A stretch of DNA of 64,000 nucleotides from Escherichia coli (GCF_003334355.1 NZ_QOWP01000022.1), one strand, 5' to 3'. Shown: positions 1 to 10,046, counted from the first letter of the stretch. Notes: a model not told the origin generated them from the letters alone. Program-made: numbers and translations.

Positions 1-55
1 TTTTTCGTCTTGCGACGTTAAGAATCCGTATCTTCGAGTGCCCACACAGATTGTC

Positions 56-75
56 TGATAAATTGTTAAAGAGCA
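56..75 (-). promoter_or_regulatory. rrnH: rrnH leader boxA antiterminator (minus-strand TGCTCTTTAACAATTTATCA)
   Basis: Seen in sequence: reverse complement of 56-75 matches the rrn boxA consensus; lies downstream of the P1/P2 promoters in the direction of transcription (toward position 1). Confidence 0.6.
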
Positions 76-112
76 GTTGCGACGCGGCTTTCAGCTCACT
101 GTCGCGAGGTGG

Positions 113-140
113 CGTATATTACGCTTTCCTCTTTCAGAGT
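113..140 (-). promoter_or_regulatory. rrnH: rrnH P2 promoter (-35 TTGACT, -10 TAATAT on minus strand)
   Basis: Seen in sequence: minus-strand TTGACT (135-140) and TAATAT (113-118) with 16-bp spacing; the arrangement is typical of rrn P2. Confidence 0.55.
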
Positions 141-224
141 CAACCCTGAATTTCAGGATTTTTCTCTTCAACCGAACCGGCTGTTTGTGTGAAGTGATTC
201 ACATCCGCCGTGTCGATGGAGGCG

Positions 225-280
225 CATTATAGGGAGTCGTCTCAGGAAGACAAGTGGAAAAATGCATTTTTATTTCAATC
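225..280 (-). promoter_or_regulatory. rrnH: rrnH P1 promoter with AT-rich UP element
   Basis: Seen in sequence: minus-strand -35 CTTGTC (248-253), 16-bp spacer, -10 TATAAT (225-230), GCGCCTCC discriminator, and an AT-rich UP-like tract (254-280). Established knowledge: this is the rrn P1 architecture. Confidence 0.65.
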
Positions 281-296
281 GCTCATCTTTTAATCA

Positions 297-869
297 TTAT
301 GCCGGTTTTTGCTGCTTTTTTATCGCTTGCGGCAGGTCTGCCAGGCTATTTAACACCCAATCCGCCGCGTTTTCTGCTTCAGGCGTAATAGGTTTACCCG
401 TACGCACCAGCACTTTTGTTCCCACGTTCGCCGCAGCCGCTGCCTGCATATCTTCTAATTTATCGCCCACCATATAAGAAGCGGCCATATCAATATGCAA
501 ATAATCGCGTGCTGACAAAAGCATCCCCGGATGTGGTTTACGGCAGTCGCAGACCTGGCGAAACTCTTCAACACTACCCTGCGGATGATGCGGGCAATAA
601 TAGATACCATCCAGATCGACATCTCGGTCCGCCAGCGACCAGTCCATCCACTCGGTCAGCGTTTCAAACTGTGCTTCGGTAAATTTACCGCGAGCAATGC
701 CAGACTGGTTGGTTACTACCACCAGCGCAAAGCCCATTTTTTTTAGCTCGCGCATGGCGTCAATAACACCGTCGATAAATTCAAAGTTGTCGATCTCATG
801 GACATAGCCGTGATCGACATTAATGGTGCCATCACGGTCAAGAAAAATTGCGGGTACGCTCTTTGCCAC
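297..869 (-). CDS. gmhB: D,D-heptose 1,7-bisphosphate phosphatase (HAD superfamily)
   Basis: ORF track, 190 aa; HAD motif FLDRDGTIN near the N-terminus; sits between rrnH and metN as in K-12. Confidence 0.93.
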   Translation of the reverse strand: MAKSVPAIFLDRDGTINVDHGYVHEIDNFEFIDGVIDAMRELKKMGFALVVVTNQSGIARGKFTEAQFETLTEWMDWSLADRDVDLDGIYYCPHHPQGSVEEFRQVCDCRKPHPGMLLSARDYLHIDMAASYMVGDKLEDMQAAAAANVGTKVLVRTGKPITPEAENAADWVLNSLADLPQAIKKQQKPA

Positions 870-958
870 CTTTTATAGCTCCTTAATAAGGCATGTGACG
901 CTAGTATCGCATGTTTCGACCTGCAAGAAAGTGCTCTTCGCATAAACCTGATTGATTT

Positions 959-990
959 AGACGTCTGGATGCCTTAACATCCATTTCATT
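959..990. promoter_or_regulatory. MetJ operator: tandem 8-bp met boxes upstream of metN
   Basis: Seen in sequence: AGACGTCT GGATGCCT TAACATCC ATTTCATT, four contiguous 8-mers with the first a perfect metbox, about 70-100 bp upstream of the metN start. Confidence 0.55.
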
Positions 991-1056
991 GACGGCGTTG
1001 CCCGTTTCAGGCATTCGAGATGCCACGACTAACTTAATGACGATAATAAATAATCA

Positions 1057-2088
1057 ATGATAAAACTTTCGAATATCACCAAAGTGTTCCACCAGGGCAC
1101 CCGCACCATCCAGGCGTTGAACAACGTCAGCCTGCATGTGCCAGCTGGACAAATTTATGGCGTTATCGGTGCCTCAGGCGCGGGTAAGAGTACGCTTATA
1201 CGTTGTGTAAACCTGCTGGAGCGCCCAACCGAGGGTAGCGTGCTGGTCGATGGCCAGGAACTGACCACGCTGTCAGAATCCGAGTTGACCAAAGCTCGCC
1301 GCCAGATTGGTATGATTTTCCAGCATTTTAACCTGCTCTCTTCGCGTACTGTTTTTGGCAACGTGGCTCTGCCGCTGGAGCTGGACAACACACCGAAAGA
1401 CGAGATCAAACGTCGCGTGACGGAATTGCTGTCATTGGTTGGTCTTGGCGATAAGCATGATAGCTACCCATCGAATCTTTCCGGTGGGCAGAAACAGCGT
1501 GTGGCGATTGCCCGTGCGTTAGCCAGCAATCCCAAAGTATTGCTGTGTGATGAAGCCACCAGCGCGCTGGACCCGGCAACGACACGTTCTATTCTCGAGC
1601 TGCTGAAAGACATTAACCGCCGTCTGGGTTTGACGATTCTGTTGATCACCCACGAAATGGACGTTGTAAAGCGTATTTGTGATTGCGTGGCGGTCATCAG
1701 CAATGGCGAACTGATTGAGCAGGACACGGTAAGTGAAGTGTTTTCGCATCCGAAAACGCCGTTGGCGCAGAAGTTTATTCAGTCGACCCTGCATCTGGAT
1801 ATCCCGGAAGATTACCAGGAACGTCTGCAAGCGGAGCCATTCACTGACTGCGTGCCGATGCTGCGTCTGGAGTTTACCGGTCAGTCGGTCGATGCCCCAC
1901 TGCTTTCTGAAACCGCGCGTCGTTTCAACGTCAACAACAACATTATTAGCGCGCAGATGGACTACGCCGGTGGCGTTAAGTTCGGCATCATGCTGACTGA
2001 AATGCACGGCACACAACAAGATACGCAAGCCGCCATTGCCTGGCTGCAGGAACACCATGTAAAAGTAGAGGTACTGGGTTATGTCTGA
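1057..2088 (+). CDS. metN: D-methionine ABC transporter ATP-binding protein
   Basis: ORF track, 343 aa; Walker [13 protein letters not shown] signature LSGGQKQR, Walker [12 protein letters not shown]; C-terminal regulatory domain. Confidence 0.96.
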
Positions 2089-2734
2089 GCCGATGATGTG
2101 GCTGCTGGTTCGTGGCGTATGGGAAACGCTGGCAATGACCTTCGTATCCGGTTTTTTTGGCTTTGTGATTGGTCTGCCGGTTGGCGTTCTGCTTTATGTC
2201 ACGCGTCCGGGGCAAATTATTGCTAACGCGAAGCTGTATCGTACCGTTTCTGCAATTGTGAACATTTTCCGTTCCATCCCGTTCATTATCTTGCTGGTAT
2301 GGATGATTCCGTTTACCCGAGTTATTGTCGGTACATCGATTGGTTTGCAGGCAGCGATTGTTCCGTTAACCGTTGGCGCAGCGCCGTTTATTGCCCGTAT
2401 GGTCGAGAACGCTCTTCTGGAGATCCCAACCGGGTTAATTGAAGCTTCCCGCGCAATGGGTGCCACGCCAATGCAGATCGTCCGTAAAGTGCTGTTACCG
2501 GAAGCGTTGCCGGGTCTGGTGAATGCGGCAACTATCACCCTGATTACCCTAGTCGGTTATTCCGCGATGGGTGGTGCAGTCGGTGCCGGTGGTTTAGGTC
2601 AGATTGGCTATCAGTATGGCTACATCGGCTACAACGCGACGGTGATGAATACGGTACTGGTATTGCTGGTCATTCTGGTTTATTTAATTCAGTTCGCAGG
2701 CGACCGCATCGTCCGGGCTGTCACTCGCAAGTAA
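2081..2734 (+). CDS. metI: D-methionine ABC transporter permease
   Basis: ORF track, 217 aa; hydrophobic multi-TM protein; 8-nt overlap with the metN stop suggests translational coupling. Confidence 0.95.
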
Positions 2735-2773
2735 CGTTCAACACAACATAAATAATTGAAGAAGGAATAAGGT

Positions 2774-3589
2774 ATGGCGTTCAAATTCAAAACCTTTGCG
2801 GCAGTGGGAGCCCTGATTGGATCACTGGCACTGGTAGGCTGCGGTCAGGATGAAAAAGATCCAAACCACATTAAAGTCGGCGTGATTGTTGGTGCCGAAC
2901 AGCAGGTTGCAGAAGTCGCGCAGAAAGTTGCGAAAGACAAATATGGCCTGGACGTTGAGCTGGTAACCTTCAACGACTATGTTCTGCCAAACGAAGCATT
3001 GAGCAAAGGCGATATCGACGCCAACGCCTTCCAGCATAAACCGTACCTTGATCAGCAACTGAAAGATCGTGGCTACAAACTGGTCGCAGTAGGCAACACT
3101 TTTGTTTATCCGATTGCTGGTTACTCCAAGAAAATCAAATCACTGGATGAACTGCAGGATGGTTCGCAGGTTGCCGTGCCAAACGACCCAACTAACCTTG
3201 GTCGTTCACTGCTGCTGCTGCAAAAAGTGGGCTTGATCAAACTGAAAGATGGCGTTGGCCTGCTGCCGACCGTTCTTGATGTTGTTGAGAACCCCAAAAA
3301 TCTGAAAATTGTTGAACTGGAAGCACCGCAACTGCCGCGTTCTCTGGACGACGCGCAAATCGCTCTGGCAGTTATCAATACCACCTATGCCAGCCAGATT
3401 GGCCTGACTCCGGCGAAAGACGGTATCTTTGTTGAAGATAAAGAGTCCCCGTACGTAAACCTGATCGTGACGCGTGAAGATAACAAAGACGCCGAGAACG
3501 TGAAGAAATTCGTCCAGGCTTATCAGTCTGACGAAGTTTACGAAGCAGCAAACAAAGTGTTTAACGGCGGAGCTGTTAAAGGCTGGTAA
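2774..3589 (+). CDS. metQ: D-methionine-binding lipoprotein (NlpA family)
   Basis: ORF track, 271 aa; signal peptide with lipobox LALVGC; third gene of the metNIQ operon. Confidence 0.95.
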   Translation: MAFKFKTFAAVGALIGSLALVGCGQDEKDPNHIKVGVIVGAEQQVAEVAQKVAKDKYGLDVELVTFNDYVLPNEALSKGDIDANAFQHKPYLDQQLKDRGYKLVAVGNTFVYPIAGYSKKIKSLDELQDGSQVAVPNDPTNLGRSLLLLQKVGLIKLKDGVGLLPTVLDVVENPKNLKIVELEAPQLPRSLDDAQIALAVINTTYASQIGLTPAKDGIFVEDKESPYVNLIVTREDNKDAENVKKFVQAYQSDEVYEAANKVFNGGAVKGW

Positions 3590-3626
3590 TTTTTAGGCTG
3601 TTTCCACAATTTGTAATATCATTCAG

Positions 3627-3655
3627 GACGGGCGCTTGCCCGTCTTGTCATTTTT
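3627..3655 (+). terminator. Intrinsic terminator after metQ
   Basis: Seen in sequence: GACGGGCGCTTGCCCGTC hairpin followed by TTGTCATTTTT. Confidence 0.7.
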
Positions 3656-3706
3656 ACAAGCTCCTGATTCAATATTGACGTTTTGATCATACATTGAGGA
3701 AATACT

Positions 3707-4111
3707 ATGCGTGCTTTACCGATCTGTTTAGTAGCACTCATGCTAAGCGGCTGTTCCATGTTAAGCAGATCCCCTGTCGAACCCGTTCAAAGCACTGCAC
3801 CCCAGCCGAAAGCGGAGCCTGCAAAACCGAAAGCGCCGCGCGCCACGCCGGTCCGAATTTATACCAATGCAGAAGAATTAGTCGGCAAACCGTTCCGCGA
3901 TCTCGGTGAAGTCAGTGGCGACTCTTGCCAGGCCTCTAATCAGGACTCTCCGCCGAGCATTCCAACCGCACGTAAGCGGATGCAAATCAACGCCTCTAAA
4001 ATGAAAGCCAATGCTGTATTACTGCATAGCTGCGAAGTCACCAGCGGTACGCCAGGCTGCTATCGTCAGGCTGTATGTATCGGTTCTGCGCTTAACATTA
4101 CGGCGAAATGA
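3707..4111 (+). CDS. rcsF: Outer-membrane lipoprotein RcsF (Rcs envelope-stress sensor)
   Basis: ORF track, 134 aa; lipobox LMLSGC, proline-rich linker, conserved Cys residues. Confidence 0.95.
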   Translation: MRALPICLVALMLSGCSMLSRSPVEPVQSTAPQPKAEPAKPKAPRATPVRIYTNAEELVGKPFRDLGEVSGDSCQASNQDSPPSIPTARKRMQINASKMKANAVLLHSCEVTSGTPGCYRQAVCIGSALNITAK

Positions 4112-4815
4112 GCAGTTTCCAGTTCGAGCAAATAGGCGTTATTCGCTCGCCCTATAAAGAAAAGTTCGCCGTTCCGCGCCAGCCAGGTCTGGTAAAAAGC
4201 GCCAACGGCGAACTGCATCTCATTGCTCCCTACAACCAGGCCGACGCCGTTCGCGGCCTGGAAGCGTTCAGCCATTTATGGATCCTTTTCGTCTTTCATC
4301 AAACGATGGTAGGCGGCTGGCGTCCGACTGTGCGTCCACCGCGCCTCGGCGGTAACGCCAGAATGGGGGTTTTCGCAACACGCTCTACTTTCCGCCCTAA
4401 CCCAATTGGCATGTCGCTGGTAGAGCTGAAAGAGGTTGTTTGCCATAAAGACAGCGTGATTCTGAAGCTCGGCAGTCTGGATCTGGTCGATGGTACGCCG
4501 GTAGTGGATATCAAACCGTATCTCCCCTTTGCCGAATCGCTTCCCGATGCCAGTGCCAGCTATGCGCAAAGTGCGCCAGCTGCAGAGATGGCGGTGAGTT
4601 TTACCGCAGAGGTCGAAAAGCAGCTTTTGACGCTGGAGAAGCGTTATCCGCAGTTAACGCTGTTTATCCGCGAAGTACTGGCGCAGGACCCGCGCCCGGC
4701 CTATCGTAAAGGTGAGGAAACGGGCAAAACCTATGCCGTCTGGCTACATGATTTTAACGTTCGCTGGCGCGTCACCGACGCAGGTTTTGAAGTCTTTGCG
4801 CTGGAACCGCGTTAA
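4108..4815 (+). CDS. tsaA: tRNA (t6A37) methyltransferase TsaA/YaeB family
   Basis: ORF track, 235 aa; 4-nt overlap with rcsF; sequence recognised as YaeB. Confidence 0.9.
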   Translation: MSSFQFEQIGVIRSPYKEKFAVPRQPGLVKSANGELHLIAPYNQADAVRGLEAFSHLWILFVFHQTMVGGWRPTVRPPRLGGNARMGVFATRSTFRPNPIGMSLVELKEVVCHKDSVILKLGSLDLVDGTPVVDIKPYLPFAESLPDASASYAQSAPAAEMAVSFTAEVEKQLLTLEKRYPQLTLFIREVLAQDPRPAYRKGEETGKTYAVWLHDFNVRWRVTDAGFEVFALEPR

Positions 4816-4926
4816 ATTCACGCCCTTCTCTTTTGACATTTCTTTTGCACTGGTAAACTAAATCACTTTTTTTTGTCCCAGGCTCGCCTTGAGCCTGTTC
4901 TACCTTCCAACTGGAACCGTAACAAC

Positions 4927-6645
4927 ATGCGTACTAGCCAATACCTGCTCTCCACTCTCAAGGAGACACCTGCCGACGCCGAGGTGATCAGCCATCAGCT
5001 GATGCTGCGCGCCGGGATGATCCGCAAGCTGGCCTCCGGGTTATATACCTGGCTGCCGACCGGCGTGCGCGTTCTGAAAAAAGTCGAAAACATCGTGCGT
5101 GAAGAGATGAACAACGCCGGTGCGATCGAGGTGTCGATGCCGGTGGTTCAGCCAGCCGATTTGTGGCAAGAGAGTGGTCGTTGGGAACAGTACGGTCCGG
5201 AACTGCTGCGTTTTGTTGACCGTGGCGAGCGTCCGTTCGTACTCGGCCCAACTCATGAAGAAGTTATCACTGACCTGATTCGTAACGAGCTTAGCTCTTA
5301 CAAACAGCTGCCGCTGAACTTCTATCAGATCCAGACCAAGTTCCGCGACGAAGTGCGTCCGCGTTTCGGCGTCATGCGTTCCCGCGAATTCCTGATGAAA
5401 GATGCTTACTCTTTCCATACTTCTCAGGAATCCCTGCAGGAAACCTACGATGCAATGTATGCGGCCTACAGCAAAATCTTCAGCCGCATGGGGCTGGATT
5501 TCCGCGCCGTACAAGCCGACACCGGTTCTATCGGCGGCAGCGCCTCTCACGAATTCCAGGTGCTGGCGCAGAGCGGTGAAGACGATGTGGTCTTCTCCGA
5601 CACCTCTGACTATGCAGCGAACATTGAACTGGCAGAAGCTATCGCGCCGAAAGAACCGCGCGCTGCTGCTACCCAGGAAATGACGCTGGTTGATACGCCG
5701 AACGCGAAAACCATCGCGGAACTGGTTGAACAGTTCAATCTGCCGATTGAGAAAACGGTTAAGACTCTGCTGGTTAAAGCGGTTGAAGGCAGCAGCTTCC
5801 CGCTGGTTGCGCTGCTGGTGCGCGGTGATCACGAGCTGAACGAAGTTAAAGCAGAAAAACTGCCGCAGGTTGCAAGCCCGCTGACTTTCGCGACCGAAGA
5901 AGAAATTCGTGCCGTGGTTAAAGCCGGTCCGGGTTCACTGGGTCCGGTAAACATGCCGATTCCGGTGGTGATTGACCGTACCGTTGCGGCGATGAGTGAT
6001 TTCGCTGCTGGTGCTAACATCGATGGTAAACACTACTTCGGCATCAACTGGGATCGCGATGTCGCTACCCCGGAAGTTGCAGATATCCGTAACGTGGTGG
6101 CTGGCGATCCAAGCCCGGATGGCCAGGGTACGCTGCTGATCAAACGTGGTATCGAAGTTGGTCACATCTTCCAGCTGGGTACCAAGTACTCCGAAGCACT
6201 GAAAGCCTCCGTACAGGGTGAAGATGGCCGTAACCAAATCCTGACGATGGGTTGCTACGGTATCGGGGTAACGCGTGTGGTAGCTGCGGCGATTGAGCAG
6301 AACTACGACGAACGAGGCATCGTATGGCCTGACGCTATCGCGCCGTTCCAGGTGGCGATTCTGCCGATGAACATGCACAAATCCTTCCGCGTACAAGAGC
6401 TTGCTGAGAAACTGTACAGCGAACTGCGTGCACAAGGTATCGAAGTGCTGCTGGATGACCGCAAAGAGCGTCCGGGCGTGATGTTTGCTGATATGGAACT
6501 GATCGGTATTCCGCACACTATTGTGCTGGGCGACCGTAACCTCGACAACGACGATATCGAATATAAATATCGTCGCAACGGCGAGAAACAGTTAATTAAG
6601 ACTGGTGACATCGTCGAATATCTGGTGAAACAGATTAAAGGCTGA
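4927..6645 (+). CDS. proS: Prolyl-tRNA synthetase (class II)
   Basis: ORF track 4873-6645 trimmed to the ATG at 4927 (MRTSQYLL..., 572 aa); class II aaRS motifs including [17 protein letters not shown]. Confidence 0.95.
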
Positions 6646-6654
6646 TGCCAGAAA

Positions 6655-6682
6655 GGGTCCTGAATTTCAGGGCCCTTTTTTT
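6655..6682 (+). terminator. Intrinsic terminator after proS
   Basis: Seen in sequence: GGGTCCTGAATTTCAGGGCCC hairpin followed by TTTTTTT immediately after the proS stop. Confidence 0.7.
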
Positions 6683-6698
6683 ACATGGATTGTATAAA

Positions 6699-7523
6699 AT
6701 GGATAAACCAAAGGCGTACTGCCGCCTGTTTCTCCCCAGCTTTCTTTTACTTTCGGCTTGTACCGTTGATATCAGCCAGCCAGACCCATCAGCCACAGCA
6801 GTAGATGCCGAGGCAAAAACATGGGCTGTCAAATTCCAGCATCAAAGCTCTTTCACCGAACAATCAATAAAAGAAATAACGGCACCTGATCTCAAACCCG
6901 GCGATTTGCTGTTCTCCTCAAGCCTTGGGGTAACCTCATTTGGAATCCGCGTCTTCAGCACTTCCTCTGTGAGTCACGTTGCAATCTTTCTGGGTGATAA
7001 TAACGTTGCAGAAGCGACAGGCGCTGGCGTCCAGATCGTTTCCCTTAAAAAAGCGATGAAGCATAGTGATAAGCTTTTCGTCTTACGAGTCCCGGATCTT
7101 ACCCCGCAACAAGCCACAGATATCACCGCGTTTGCCAATAAAATCAAAGATAGCGGTTATAACTATCGCGGCATTGTCGAATTTATTCCCTTTATGGTGA
7201 CTCGCCAGATGTGCTCACTGAATCCGTTCTCCGAGGATTTTCGCCAACAGTGCGTCAGCGGCCTGGCGAAAGCGCAGTTAAGCAGTGTGGGCGAAGGAGA
7301 CAAAAAGTCGTGGTTTTGTTCGGAATTTGTCACGGATGCCTTTGCCAAAGCCGGGCATCCACTTACACTGGCGCAATCGGGCTGGATTAGCCCTGCCGAT
7401 CTGATGCATATGCGTATTGGTGATGTCTCTGCGTTTAAGCCAGAAACGCAGTTACAGTATGTTGGGCACCTGAAGCCTGGGATTTATATCAAGGCGGGTC
7501 GCTTTGTTGGTTTGACCCGGTGA
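6699..7523 (+). CDS. yaeF: Lipoprotein YaeF (putative papain-like Cys peptidase/amidase family)
   Basis: ORF track 6645-7523 trimmed to the ATG at 6699 (MDKPKAY..., 274 aa), since the upstream extension overlaps the proS terminator; lipobox LLLSAC. Confidence 0.85.
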   Translation: MDKPKAYCRLFLPSFLLLSACTVDISQPDPSATAVDAEAKTWAVKFQHQSSFTEQSIKEITAPDLKPGDLLFSSSLGVTSFGIRVFSTSSVSHVAIFLGDNNVAEATGAGVQIVSLKKAMKHSDKLFVLRVPDLTPQQATDITAFANKIKDSGYNYRGIVEFIPFMVTRQMCSLNPFSEDFRQQCVSGLAKAQLSSVGEGDKKSWFCSEFVTDAFAKAGHPLTLAQSGWISPADLMHMRIGDVSAFKPETQLQYVGHLKPGIYIKAGRFVGLTR

Positions 7524-7533
7524 TAAAGTAAAT

Positions 7534-7666
7534 GCCTTATCCGCCTTAAGGTATGAGGGGGGTTGTAGGCATGATAAGACGCGCCAGCGTCGCATCAGGC
7601 GTTGAGCACCTAATTCAAAATGTTGCATTATATGCTGTAGGCCTGATAAGCGCAGCGCATCAGGCA
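7534..7666. repeat. REP/BIME cluster between convergent yaeF and nlpE
   Basis: Seen in sequence: two full REP units (GTAGGCATGATAAGACGCGCCAGCGTCGCATCAGGC and GTAGGCCTGATAAGCGCAGCGCATCAGGCA) plus a partial GCCTTATCCGCC. Confidence 0.8.
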
Positions 7667-7696
7667 ATTTTGCGTTTGTTTCTGCCTTAAGCAGGT

Positions 7697-8407
7697 TTAC
7701 TGCCCCAAACTACTGCAATCCTTATTCGGGTAAAATTTACCCGCCGTATCGGGCGCTAATACTTTGGTTGGCGCACCAGTATCCGGATTAGCCTCAAGCG
7801 TAAAGTGACCTTCTACTGACAGTAACACCGGTTTTTCACTGTGACCGCGCGCAGCCAGGTAGCTACGCTCCAGCTCTGCGTTATTCGCTACCATGAAACG
7901 TTTTCCGGTCGCGCAATCAGTGAAGGTCGCCACATCAGCCATATAAAAATACATGCCCCGCAGGGTCATCGGCGTCAGGGGTAAACTGGATTGTGCCGGT
8001 TCCAGCGTATAGTTGAACTGCGATTCAATCGGATTGCCTTCACGATCGAGCATCTCCAGCGCATCGCCTTTGGCCCGATAATATGACTTTTCACCTTTGC
8101 TGTCGGTTAATACCAGCTTGTCAGCGGTTCGCGCCCATGTACCGTAGGAAGCGAAGGAGGAAGGTTCTTCACGAGCACCGAGATAACGCTCATTCATCAC
8201 CCATGTTCCGTCTTTTTCGAGGAACAGAGAGGTTTCGATTCCTTCGCAATCAGCACACGGCAGCACGCCGCGCCAACTTTGCGGCATCGGTTTCAGTTCG
8301 GCAGCCTGTGCTGGAGAAAGCGTATCGACTTCGGCCCGGTTATTACATCCCATCAGAGTAAAGAGGCTGATTACAGCCATCGCTGTCACTATCGCTTTTT
8401 TCACCAT
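7697..8407 (-). CDS. nlpE: Outer-membrane lipoprotein NlpE (CutF), Cpx pathway activator
   Basis: ORF track, 236 aa; lipobox LFTLMGC; CxxC motif (CADC). Confidence 0.93.
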   Translation of the reverse strand: MVKKAIVTAMAVISLFTLMGCNNRAEVDTLSPAQAAELKPMPQSWRGVLPCADCEGIETSLFLEKDGTWVMNERYLGAREEPSSFASYGTWARTADKLVLTDSKGEKSYYRAKGDALEMLDREGNPIESQFNYTLEPAQSSLPLTPMTLRGMYFYMADVATFTDCATGKRFMVANNAELERSYLAARGHSEKPVLLSVEGHFTLEANPDTGAPTKVLAPDTAGKFYPNKDCSSLGQ

Positions 8408-8420
8408 CTATTCCTTCTTT

Positions 8421-8843
8421 TTATTCCCGACCGCTGCGTACTTTGCCGCGCATCGCCTTCACGCTTGATTTTTGTGCTTTCGATGCCAGCCTGCGCTCTT
8501 TCGATGCACGGGTGGGCCGTGTGGGTCGTCGGGCTTTTTGTTCTGTTGTTAAATCTTTAATCACTGCCACCAGCCGGGCTAGCGCGGCTTCGCGGTTCAG
8601 TTCCTGACTGCGGTATTCCTGTGCCTTAATGACAATCACGCCATCACTGCTGATCAAATGATGGCTGGCGGCGAGTAGACGCTCTTTGTAATACTCTGGC
8701 AGGCTGGACGCCCGAATGTCAAAACGCAGATGAATGGCCGTTGAGGTCTTATTAACATGCTGCCCGCCCGCGCCCTGCGCACGAATGGCGGTGATCTCAA
8801 GCTCACCATCGGGAATAGCAACATGTCGGGAAATCACAATCAT
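8421..8843 (-). CDS. arfB: Peptidyl-tRNA hydrolase ArfB (YaeJ), alternative ribosome-rescue factor
   Basis: ORF track, 140 aa; catalytic GGQ motif ([10 protein letters not shown]); basic C-terminal tail. Confidence 0.95.
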   Translation of the reverse strand: MIVISRHVAIPDGELEITAIRAQGAGGQHVNKTSTAIHLRFDIRASSLPEYYKERLLAASHHLISSDGVIVIKAQEYRSQELNREAALARLVAVIKDLTTEQKARRPTRPTRASKERRLASKAQKSSVKAMRGKVRSGRE

Positions 8844-9385
8844 GAAGGTTGTTGCCAGGCGGTTAAGTTAACTTCCAGATTATTCTTATCGTCCGATAAC
8901 CAGATCACGCCATCCTGAATCGTTGCCTGCAGCGTCATGGTACGATCGGCAAAGGCGCTTACTTTCGCCAGTTGTTCATCGTCCAGATACCAGACGGAAA
9001 GATTGGCAAACTGCACACATTTGCTCTGATTTTGCTGCCACCAGATTTGCGCCGCCCGACTATTATAGGTAAACAGCGCCACTTCTGCGGCCTGGGTGCA
9101 GGCTTTCTTAATCCGCCGCTCATCCGGCAGCCCCAGCTCAATCCACAAATCAATGCCCAGGTGATCGTTACGCAGCCACGCTTCCGGCTCATCATCGGCA
9201 CACAAACCACGGGTAAATTGCAGACGTTCATCAGCATATTTCAGCCACGCCAGCAAGCGCAGCATCATACGCTCCTGGGTTTCTGAAGGGTGGCGCGCCA
9301 GCGTCAGAGAGGCATCGAGAAACTGGTTGCGGTCGAGATCGGCCACATTAACCGTCGCTTTATAAATTGTCGCTTTAAGCGCCAT
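8840..9385 (-). CDS. yaeQ: YaeQ family protein (function unknown)
   Basis: ORF track, 181 aa; 4-nt overlap with arfB. Confidence 0.88.
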   Translation of the reverse strand: MALKATIYKATVNVADLDRNQFLDASLTLARHPSETQERMMLRLLAWLKYADERLQFTRGLCADDEPEAWLRNDHLGIDLWIELGLPDERRIKKACTQAAEVALFTYNSRAAQIWWQQNQSKCVQFANLSVWYLDDEQLAKVSAFADRTMTLQATIQDGVIWLSDDKNNLEVNLTAWQQPS

Positions 9386-9550
9386 AAGAAAACTCCTTTC
9401 GAATCAGGAGGCCATTGTAACGGAATACGTGCAGTTGCGGCGCTGATATTGCAGAAATGAGTGTGGTATAGTCACCTTGCGAAACAGAGTTTATCTTCGT
9501 AGGCTTAGACTTGCATCCACGGTTAAGTCAGAGTGCTGACAGGAGGGCAT

Positions 9551-9751
9551 GTGGAAAAATATTGTGAGTTAATACGCAAGCGGTACGCGGAAATCGCCAG
9601 CGGAGACTTAGGATACGTTCCGGACGCGCTGGGCTGCGTTTTGAAAGTGCTGAATGAAATGGCTGCCGACGACGCCCTTTCTGAGGCTGTCAGGGAAAAA
9701 GCAGCATACGCTGCGGCAAACTTACTGGTGAGCGATTATGTCAATGAATGA
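9551..9751 (+). CDS. yaeP: Small protein YaeP (UPF0253, 66 aa)
   Basis: ORF track 9533-9751 trimmed to the GTG at 9551, which is preceded by AGGAGG at 9541-9546. Confidence 0.85.
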
Positions 9752-9998
9752 TACGTATCAACCAATCAATTGTGATGATTACGATAATCTTGAGCTAGCC
9801 TGCCAGCATCATTTAATGCTGACACTTGAGCTGAAAGATGGCGAAAAATTGCAGGCAAAAGCCAGCGATTTAGTCTCCCGCAAAAATGTGGAGTATCTGG
9901 TCGTCGAGGCCGCTGGCGAAACCCGTGAGCTACGTCTGGATAAAATTACCAGCTTTAGCCACCCGGAAATCGGTACGGTGGTGGTGAGCGAGTCCTGA
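9744..9998 (+). CDS. rof: Rof (YaeO), Rho-specific inhibitor of transcription termination
   Basis: ORF track 9738-9998; K-12 start taken at the ATG at 9744 (MNDTYQ..., 84 aa); overlaps the yaeP 3' end. Confidence 0.9.
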
Positions 9999-10006
9999 TT
10001 GACTTT

Positions 10007-10040
10007 CGCCGGATGCGACGTTTGATGCGTCTTATCCGGC
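10007..10040. repeat. REP element between convergent rof and tilS
   Basis: Seen in sequence: CGCCGGATGCGACGTTTGATGCGTCTTATCCGGC palindrome. Confidence 0.8.
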
Positions 10041-10046
10041 TTTCAC

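Noticed and set aside
4873-4926. N-terminal extensions in the ORF track (proS 4873, yaeF 6645, yaeP 9533, yaeR 11826, fabZ 21668, rseP 27175, rpsB 34000, cdaR 41231, btuF 45187, erpA 47099, fhuC 53940, mrcB 58961, hrpB 61616, thpR 61432, dksA 63054)
   Set aside because: The upstream in-frame codons overlap terminators or promoters, or lack an RBS, while the downstream starts give products of the expected K-12 length with good Shine-Dalgarno context. Treated as ORF-caller over-extension, not novel isoforms.
7534-7666. Possible CRISPR-like or mobile repeat cluster between yaeF and nlpE (also 10007-10040 and 50085-50212)
   Set aside because: The units are classic REP palindromes (GCCGGATG...CATCCGGC type) arranged as BIMEs, with no regular spacer periodicity, no cas genes, and no transposase or terminal inverted repeats of an IS element.
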